Below are positions 1 to 4,602 of a stretch of 5,010 bases of DNA, piece after piece. The DNA comes from a virus. The notes under the pieces were generated by a model. The model worked only from the letters and a program-made list of their open reading frames with translations, did not search any database and was not told the origin of the DNA. The stretch lies in the UHGV virus genome UHGV-1372688. One strand, written 5' to 3'. Within the stretch, counting starts at the first letter, position 1. Each line of letters starts with the position of its first letter. Both the position numbers and the translations under genes were made by a program.

Positions 1-672
1 CTTAACCACATACTTAGTAACATAAGAAACAGTACTCTCATATACTTCTCCAAGAGTTACAAATCCTAAAGGCATATAATCATATTTTTCTCCATTAGCT
101 TGCCTTGTATTAGGATAATCTTTATGAAATTTTTTCATCTGTTTTTTAAATTCTTTCTTATCTCTTTCAAGTTCAACATCTCGCCAACATTCTTCAACAA
201 ATTGACTTCTATACTGCTTAAAACCTTTATCAGTAGAACTCCATTTCTTTAAATCTTCTGGTTTCCAACCATAAATAATAACATGGAAATGTGGTCTTTC
301 ATTCTCTGTACCATATTCAGCACCACAAATATACTTAATTTTAATATCTTTAGAAATATGGGTTTCAATTTTTTTTCTTAATCTCTTCATAAATTTTTGA
401 AATTCTGCATGGTCTAACTGTCCATTAGGAAAAACTTTTTTTTCACAAAAAGGATTTACAGTCAAGTTTAACAAAAAACATCTTTGAGAGCCATACTTCT
501 GAAACTCTGCTCTAGCTCTTACAGTATAATTTGACTTTCTAGCCTTTTTACACTCATGACACTTACCACAAGATACCCAAATAGCTCTATTTATATCACA
601 ATCTGGAGTATCATTTATTTGATATTTTTTATCTCTCATATTCCAATACATAAGAATTGGACTTGTACACAT
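1..672 (-). CDS. VP4: Rolling-circle replication initiator (Microviridae VP4/Rep, phiX gpA-like). 5' partial in window coordinates: the C-terminus continues beyond position 1. ATG at 672..670.
   Basis: Hand translation of the minus strand from the ATG at 672 gives 224 aa open to the window edge. The stop immediately upstream is TGA at 687..685. It begins MCTSPILMYWNMRDKKYQINDTPDCDINRAIWVSCGKCHECKK. It contains RCR motif I (CFLLNLTV, FLTLT-like), the HUH motif II (RPHFHVIIYG), and a two-tyrosine motif III (YVTKYVVK) at window positions ~24..1. There is an N-terminal Cys cluster C-x10-C-x2-C-H-x-C. The SD is GAGGTG (683..678 minus) with an 8-nt spacer. It is not in the ORF track because it has no stop inside the window. 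Confidence 0.85.
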   Translation of the reverse strand, partial: MCTSPILMYWNMRDKKYQINDTPDCDINRAIWVSCGKCHECKKARKSNYTVRARAEFQKYGSQRCFLLNLTVNPFCEKKVFPNGQLDHAEFQKFMKRLRKKIETHISKDIKIKYICGAEYGTENERPHFHVIIYGWKPEDLKKWSSTDKGFKQYRSQFVEECWRDVELERDKKEFKKQMKKFHKDYPNTRQANGEKYDYMPLGFVTLGEVYESTVSYVTKYVVK

Positions 673-709
673 AATAATTACACCTCAACAATAAGAATAT
701 ATATACAAG

Positions 710-738
710 ATAATATCATAAAACTAAAAAAAAGTAAA
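710..738 (-). promoter_or_regulatory. Candidate sigma70-type promoter for the Rep gene (TTTACT -N17- TATTAT, with a TG in the extended -10 position)
   Basis: The minus strand reads TCTTTACTTTTTTTTAGTTTTATGATATTATC. The -35-like TTTACT is at 738..733. The 17-nt spacer ends in TGA. The -10 TATTAT is at 715..710, about 40 nt upstream of the Rep ATG. AT-rich DNA makes chance matches common, hence the low confidence. Confidence 0.25.
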
Positions 739-805
739 GAATAAAAATTTTATATTGTCGCTAACGCTCCATTTTAAAGGGTTAGAAAAGAGTTTATAAA
801 AATTT

Positions 806-913
806 GGTGTCATGCCGCCGTTATATGAACAAGTATACACGGCGGCTGCTTTGGTAACAAACAAGCAGCTAAAGCATGACATATAGTTGTTAATAACAAC
901 ACCGCTAAAGCGG
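806..913. other. Cluster of nested G/C-rich inverted repeats (candidate three-way junction plus flanking hairpins). Possible origin, packaging or regulatory element.
   Basis: Read directly from the sequence. Outer stem gtcatgc 809-815 / gcatgac 874-880. Inner hairpin A gccgccgt 814-821 / acggcggc 839-846 with a 17-nt loop. Inner hairpin B gctgctt 845-851 / aagcagc 863-869. Near-palindrome gttgtta-a-taacaac 886-900. Tetraloop hairpin ccgc-taaa-gcgg 902-913. ggtgt 806-810 can pair with acacc 899-903. G/C content is visibly higher than in the flanking ~30% GC genome. Confidence 0.45.
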
Positions 914-926
914 ACGGACAACTCAC

Positions 927-973
927 TTGACTTAGACAACAAAATTTAAAAGTCCTTGTTGACCTCAACAAAA
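927..973. repeat. Imperfect direct repeat TTGAC-N(2-5)-CAACAAAA, two copies about 32 nt apart (iteron-like)
   Basis: Copy 1 is ttgac 927-931 plus caacaaaa 937-944. Copy 2 is ttgac 959-963 plus caacaaaa 966-973. Seen directly. Function unknown. Confidence 0.3.
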
Positions 974-980
974 CGATTTA

Positions 981-993
981 GCACCTGCGGTGC
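981..993. other. Short G/C hairpin gcacc-tgc-ggtgc
   Basis: Inverted repeat 981-985 / 989-993 with a 3-nt loop, inside the structured intergenic region. Confidence 0.2.
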
Positions 994-1023
994 GGTATAG
1001 GGTTAAGCTAGGGGACTCAGCAT

Positions 1024-1055
1024 AATAAAAAAAGCAAGTCGCACACATGCGACTT
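1024..1055 (-). terminator. Rho-independent terminator downstream of the 131-aa gene (on the minus strand)
   Basis: Eight-bp stem aagtcgca 1036-1043 / tgcgactt 1048-1055 with loop caca. On the minus strand it is followed immediately by GC-TTTTTTT-ATTAT (plus A-run 1027-1033). It lies 21 nt after the TAG stop at 1076-1078. Confidence 0.7.
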
Positions 1056-1075
1056 ACTCATATACATTATCTTGC

Positions 1076-1471
1076 CTATTTACTTGGCTCTGGTTGTGGC
1101 TCTGGTTGTGGCTCTGGTTGTGGCTCTGGCTCTAGACTAGGTAAAACCTCTTTATAATTATTAGGGTCTGACACCCATTTTATAAAATTAGATAAATTCC
1201 CAAAACTTGCCCTTTCCTCTGGAGAAAGTGAATCATACTTACATTTCATTTCTCTTTTCAAACATTCAATCTCTTCAACAGTATCATACATTTGGTCTCC
1301 AAAAACTAAAGGTCTACAAGCAACTCTACCTTGTTCAAGTAAACAATAAATATCATTCTCCATAAAATATGACTGGTCTGTTTTACTAGGTAACAAAAAC
1401 TCTTGAGGTTTATCTTCAAAGCTTTTATTATAAACTGTGTCAATAACTTTATAACTTTTCTTTCTAATCAT
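1076..1471 (-). CDS. Hypothetical 131-aa acidic protein with a C-terminal (PEPQ)n tail. Its position immediately after VP1 suggests a scaffold or VP3-like role, but that is unproven.
   Basis: ORF-track ORF with ATG at 1471. SD AGGAGG (1481..1476 minus) 4 nt upstream, and the SD overlaps the VP1 TAG stop. It ends ...LEPEPQPEPQPEPQPEPSK. It is followed by the terminator. Confidence 0.6.
   Translation of the reverse strand: MIRKKSYKVIDTVYNKSFEDKPQEFLLPSKTDQSYFMENDIYCLLEQGRVACRPLVFGDQMYDTVEEIECLKREMKCKYDSLSPEERASFGNLSNFIKWVSDPNNYKEVLPSLEPEPQPEPQPEPQPEPSK
1086..1133. repeat. Tandem 12-nt repeat ggctctggttgt: three perfect copies plus one variant copy (ggctctggctct)
   Basis: Perfect copies at 1086-1097, 1098-1109 and 1110-1121; variant copy at 1122-1133. 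It encodes the PEPQ repeats at the C-terminus of the 131-aa protein. Confidence 0.9.
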
Positions 1472-1479
1472 AATTCCTC

Positions 1480-3063
1480 CTAAATTCTACCTGCAACAAT
1501 ACTAGGATTTGATTGTATAGGAATGCTTCTTGTAGCTTTAATGTCAAGATAGCAATTCAACAATATAGAATCATCCTCAGGAACTGCAAGAACTCTAGTA
1601 AGTGGAGAATTAGACTCCATAAATTCAGCATTTAAAGTAGGAGCATTAGCAAACTTTTGTGCCAAATGCCAAACATCTAAAGACTGAAAACCAGCGGTAA
1701 CATTACTTCTCATCAATCCAGAAACCTTATTATATCCCTCTCTATACTCTCTATATCTAGGAGTATAACCAAAAACTTTATCACTTGTAGCATTATCAGA
1801 ACTTAAAAATAACTCTCTCTCCATAACTGGCTGTTCTCCAAGGTTAGCAAACTCTGGAAAATAATAATCAAATCTGTCTCTTTTTTCCCACTTTCTATCC
1901 AATCCTTGTTGATAAATTACTTCAGAATCAACACAAGCAAGAATCATAAATATCCCATGCTCTCTAGCTGAAATCTCACATAATTTATCATTCTCAACAC
2001 CAAAACCAAGTGCCGCCATATTACCCTGCGGAGTTGAAGCACTCTCTGAACTCTGTACAACTGGCTCTGAATTAATCATAGTTGTAGTACTACCAAGAAA
2101 CTCTGAACGACCAACAAGAAAATCTGGAATCTCCATTCCAAAATGTTCCTTTATTAAATCAATATATCTCATACCAGCTCTTCTATCTTTTTCAAGCAAA
2201 ACTTGTAAAGCACTAGCTTTTCTCAAACTCTCAATAGAAAGACCACTTACAGCCGACATATCAGCATATATAGATTTATCATTAGAAACAGCATTATAAG
2301 CAACACTTGCAAAACCAGCATCAATAGGATTTGTTTGATAATTCTTATTCTTAAAGTAAACTTTATCACCCGAATTACTTTCAGCATAAATAGGAGCATC
2401 ACCAAGCAATGAAATATCAACTTGCTCTGGTTGTGGCAGACAAGATGTAAAGTAATCAATAGGTTTACCTTTTTTCAGTAATTTATAATTTGCTAAAGTT
2501 TCAGCATAAACTCTACCACTAGGCAAATTATCATCACTAAATTCTTTTACCTCATCTTGAATATAATTTACTCTAAACCATTCATTCCAAATTTTATTAT
2601 AAGCTCTAAAAGGTAAAGCACTTACAGTGTAATCAATAGTATCTTCTGTAGGTGGAATACCTAAATAATCAGCAATACCACCTGTAACATTATTAGACTT
2701 ATCTTTCATAGGAATTTGAGGAACTCTATATTTAGTATCATCATCTTGATAAGTTTTCTCACCCATAAAATTTATCCAGTGATTCCAAAGAATTCTATTA
2801 GGTACCCAAAATGCAAAGAACTTCATCTTAATATTAGTCATAGGTGGCGCAACCATAGGCATTATCCTTGCCAAACTAGATATTTTAACTTCAAAATGGT
2901 CATTAGGTTGTAACTCTGACCAGTAAATTGGATACAAATAATCAGTCTTAATTGTAGTTACAAGACTTTCAGATAAATCAAAAGTTGACAAATTAGCATT
3001 AGCTTGTGGCAAAATATTATTATTATTTACCACAGAGCTTGGCATTTTCATATTTAAAGCCAT
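1480..3063 (-). CDS. VP1: Major capsid protein VP1 (Microviridae F-like jelly-roll capsid), 527 aa
   Basis: The N-terminal region carries the characteristic microvirus VP1 signatures: STFDLSES, LQPNDHF (LPGD-like), and FFAFWVPNRILWNHW (FFVPxRxxW). It is the largest ORF, of typical gokushovirus VP1 length. The SD is GGAAGGAGAG with an 8-nt spacer before the ATG at 3063. Confidence 0.9.
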   Translation of the reverse strand: MALNMKMPSSVVNNNNILPQANANLSTFDLSESLVTTIKTDYLYPIYWSELQPNDHFEVKISSLARIMPMVAPPMTNIKMKFFAFWVPNRILWNHWINFMGEKTYQDDDTKYRVPQIPMKDKSNNVTGGIADYLGIPPTEDTIDYTVSALPFRAYNKIWNEWFRVNYIQDEVKEFSDDNLPSGRVYAETLANYKLLKKGKPIDYFTSCLPQPEQVDISLLGDAPIYAESNSGDKVYFKNKNYQTNPIDAGFASVAYNAVSNDKSIYADMSAVSGLSIESLRKASALQVLLEKDRRAGMRYIDLIKEHFGMEIPDFLVGRSEFLGSTTTMINSEPVVQSSESASTPQGNMAALGFGVENDKLCEISAREHGIFMILACVDSEVIYQQGLDRKWEKRDRFDYYFPEFANLGEQPVMERELFLSSDNATSDKVFGYTPRYREYREGYNKVSGLMRSNVTAGFQSLDVWHLAQKFANAPTLNAEFMESNSPLTRVLAVPEDDSILLNCYLDIKATRSIPIQSNPSIVAGRI

Positions 3064-3161
3064 TAAAATACTCTCCTTCCACCTCTATAAAAAGGTACTT
3101 TCTTAGATTGATAAATAAAAGTTTTTGAAAACTGATACTGTTTCCCTTGTTGTGTAGCCAT
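3063..3161 (-). CDS. Unlisted 32-aa highly basic micro-ORF, translationally coupled to VP1. Candidate J/VP8-like DNA-binding protein.
   Basis: Hand translation of the minus strand from ATG 3161..3159 gives MATQQGKQYQFSKTFIYQSKKVPFYRGGRRVF, then TAA at 3065..3063. That stop shares its last A with the VP1 ATG (TAATG). It has 6 K and 3 R and no D or E. The SD-like AGGAGATGAGGTG sits immediately upstream. It is below the ORF-track length cutoff. Confidence 0.4.
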   Translation of the reverse strand: MATQQGKQYQFSKTFIYQSKKVPFYRGGRRVF

Positions 3162-3349
3162 TACACCTCATCTCCTCTCTTTATACTCTCAAGCATTCCT
3201 TGACACTTCCAAATAGATAAAATTTTAGGTTTTTGTCTTATAAAACCTTTTTTATACAAAGTATTAAAAGTAATATAATTATCAATAGTATCTTTTATTC
3301 TACTAATCAAATTACCAACTCCATTCAATTTTAGGTCTATCCTCAACAA
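3161..3349 (-). CDS. Doubtful 62-aa ORF. The 'M' start is really TTG and there is no upstream ATG. It overlaps the VP2 3' end.
   Basis: ORF-track entry. The codon at 3349..3347 is TTG, and the only Met is 12 aa from the end. There is no convincing SD. Its TAA stop overlaps the ATG of the 32-aa micro-ORF (TAATG). It is listed for completeness. Confidence 0.1.
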   Translation of the reverse strand: MLRIDLKLNGVGNLISRIKDTIDNYITFNTLYKKGFIRQKPKILSIWKCQGMLESIKRGDEV

Positions 3350-4034
3350 ACCTATCTCTTTTATAATCTAAATCTTTATTAAGCATAAACAAATATTGTT
3401 TAGCACTAACTGGAGAAACATTTTTATAATGTCTCTCTCTCATTCCTTGCTCTGTATTAGCAATATCTTTTTTATCTCTCTCAAGTTCCCAAGTAGTACG
3501 AGCAATATCAATCAACATTTTCTGTTCTTGTGTCGAGAGATTCTTAGTTTCTCTATAACTCTTTAAAACATTAGCTCTCGCTTGGTCTGTTTGAGCAGAC
3601 ATTAAATCTTGTTTTAATTTCTCAGAATAAACACCCATTTCCTTTAATTTAGTATCAGCTTGAGTGTTGAGCCGATTAATTTCATTTGTTTTCATATCAT
3701 CTTGAATTTTCAATGCTTCAGCATTTGTCTTATTAACATTAGCATCATTAGCCTTTTTCTGCATAGATAACTGAATAGCATTAGCAATAGACTGCCCAAC
3801 ACTATCAAAATTATAACTTGCTTGAGCTCCAGACGGTGTACTTGCTCCAGAACTAGCCGAACTAATAGCCAACATTGGATTTAAACCAGCAGCTTTTAAA
3901 TCTTGCACTCTCCTCTGAATAGAGGTATTAGACATATCTTCTTGCCAACCTCGATTTTTATCAGCTTCATTTTTATTAAACAAACCACCAACAATAGCAC
4001 TACCAATACCGCCAATAATACTACCAAATCCCAT
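3312..4034 (-). CDS. VP2: VP2-like minor capsid / DNA pilot protein, 240 aa. Start corrected to ATG 4034 rather than the TTG at 4049.
   Basis: The N-terminus MGFGSIIGGIGSAIVGGLF is a glycine-zipper hydrophobic segment. It is followed by RRVQDLKAAGLNPMLA and a long K/E/Q/N-rich coiled-coil-like region. This is the architecture expected of microvirus pilot proteins. SD AAGGAG (4045..4040 minus) with a 5-nt spacer before ATG 4034. The track's 4049 start is TTG. Confidence 0.65.
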   Translation of the reverse strand: MGFGSIIGGIGSAIVGGLFNKNEADKNRGWQEDMSNTSIQRRVQDLKAAGLNPMLAISSASSGASTPSGAQASYNFDSVGQSIANAIQLSMQKKANDANVNKTNAEALKIQDDMKTNEINRLNTQADTKLKEMGVYSEKLKQDLMSAQTDQARANVLKSYRETKNLSTQEQKMLIDIARTTWELERDKKDIANTEQGMRERHYKNVSPVSAKQYLFMLNKDLDYKRDRFVEDRPKIEWSW

Positions 4035-4053
4035 AATAACTCCTTTCAAGTAA

Positions 4054-4069
4054 GTCGCACAAGTGCGAC
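4054..4069 (-). other. Hairpin gtcgca-caag-tgcgac (7 bp possible) between the micro-ORF stop and the VP2 SD. Same stem sequence as the terminator at 1036-1055, but without a U-tract.
   Basis: Inverted repeat 4054-4059 / 4064-4069. On the minus strand: CCATAA-gttt-GTCGCACTTGTGCGAC-ttacttgaAAGGAGttattATG. Candidate attenuator, partial terminator or mRNA-stability hairpin. Confidence 0.35.
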
Positions 4070-4073
4070 AAAC

Positions 4074-4163
4074 TTATGGTAAATTAGCTAAAACAACAGT
4101 AGTAACACCTTTACAAACAAAGAATGTAGCCACAACTACTGCAACAACTCCAAAAAACTCCAT
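4074..4163 (-). CDS. Candidate 29-aa hydrophobic micro-ORF (predicted single transmembrane helix) in the 228-nt gap upstream of VP2
   Basis: Hand translation of minus 4163..4074 gives MEFFGVVAVVVATFFVCKGVTTVVLANLP, then TAA. There is no SD at proper spacing; GGAGGTGG lies 20 nt upstream. The plus-strand 81-aa track ORF here is its antisense. Confidence 0.2.
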   Translation of the reverse strand: MEFFGVVAVVVATFFVCKGVTTVVLANLP

Positions 4164-4262
4164 GAACTGTTTAAATATCTTTACCACCTCCAGTAAACCA
4201 ATTTTTAAAAAATTTCAATGTCCATTTAAAAACACCAAAAATCCAATTTGCCTTATCAAAAT

Positions 4263-4592
4263 CTATTTTTCATCACCTCCAAACCTCTTAATTAATGAAT
4301 CTATATAAGGAATATCAGATTCCAAACACATATTAGAAAATTTATATCTTCTTAACAGAACAACAACATCATACATTTTAACTTCTCTATCTCTTTCATC
4401 TAAATCTAATCTTTTCATAGGAATAGACTTAAAATCAAGTATCATTCTCTGAGACATTTCATCAATATGACAACAATAACCATACTCATTCAAAATTTCT
4501 AACTCATCACCAAAACAATCTGAAGATACATTAGCCAAAGAATAATAACCTTTTCTTTCTAAATCTCTAATTTTAGCTTTCAAATTATCCAT
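4263..4592 (-). CDS. Hypothetical 109-aa acidic protein. Start corrected to ATG 4592; the 172-aa track ORF is an upstream over-extension into the preceding gene.
   Basis: Met64 of the 172-aa ORF has SD GAGGTG 5 nt upstream (AAATATAGAGGTGTTTAT-ATG). This SD overlaps the TAG stop of the upstream ORF at 4603-4605. The N-terminal 63 aa of the longer version are I/K/L-rich low-complexity sequence overlapping the upstream gene out of frame. Function unknown; possibly a scaffold or VP5-like accessory protein. Confidence 0.5.
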   Translation of the reverse strand: MDNLKAKIRDLERKGYYSLANVSSDCFGDELEILNEYGYCCHIDEMSQRMILDFKSIPMKRLDLDERDREVKMYDVVVLLRRYKFSNMCLESDIPYIDSLIKRFGGDEK

Positions 4593-4602
4593 ATAAACAC
4601 CT

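Noticed and set aside
556-744. Plus-strand 62-aa ORF
   Set aside because: It is antisense to the well-supported Rep gene. Its I/Y/T-rich composition is typical of an AT-rich antisense frame. It has no SD, and all real genes are on the other strand.
724-942. Minus-strand 72-aa ORF spanning the structured intergenic region
   Set aside because: It runs through the G/C hairpin cluster. It has no SD, and the promoter and origin-like elements occupy the same DNA. It is most likely a chance ORF created by the palindromes.
926-963. Plus-strand TTGACT and TTGACC as -35 boxes of plus-strand promoters
   Set aside because: There are no matching -10 elements at 16-18 bp and no plus-strand genes to drive.
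989-1014. Possible two-tetrad G-quadruplex (GG, GG, GGG, GGGG tracts)
   Set aside because: The tracts are short and the loops uneven, so only a weak two-layer G4 is possible. It is more simply part of the G/C hairpin region.
2247-2459. Nested 70-aa hydrophobic ORF inside VP1 (same strand, different frame). Considered as an E-like lysis gene.
   Set aside because: The 'M' start at 2459 is TTG with no SD. Its L/I-rich composition is what the +1 frame of AT-rich coding DNA gives by chance. There is no supporting signal.
2716-2913. Plus-strand 65-aa ORF
   Set aside because: It is antisense within VP1, with no supporting signals.
3312-3349. Programmed -1 frameshift from VP2 into the 62-aa frame
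   Set aside because: There is no X_XXY_YYZ slippery heptamer in the overlap (CCU AAA AUU does not fit), and there is no downstream pseudoknot evidence.
4035-4049. TTG start for VP2 at 4049 as given in the ORF track
   Set aside because: The codon is TTG and lies inside the AAGGAG SD region. The ATG at 4034 has an ideal 5-nt spacing from AAGGAG.
4063-4308. Plus-strand 81-aa ORF (GTG start)
   Set aside because: It is the antisense reading of the V-rich minus-strand micro-ORF, giving T/N-rich low complexity. It is on the non-coding strand and starts inside the hairpin.
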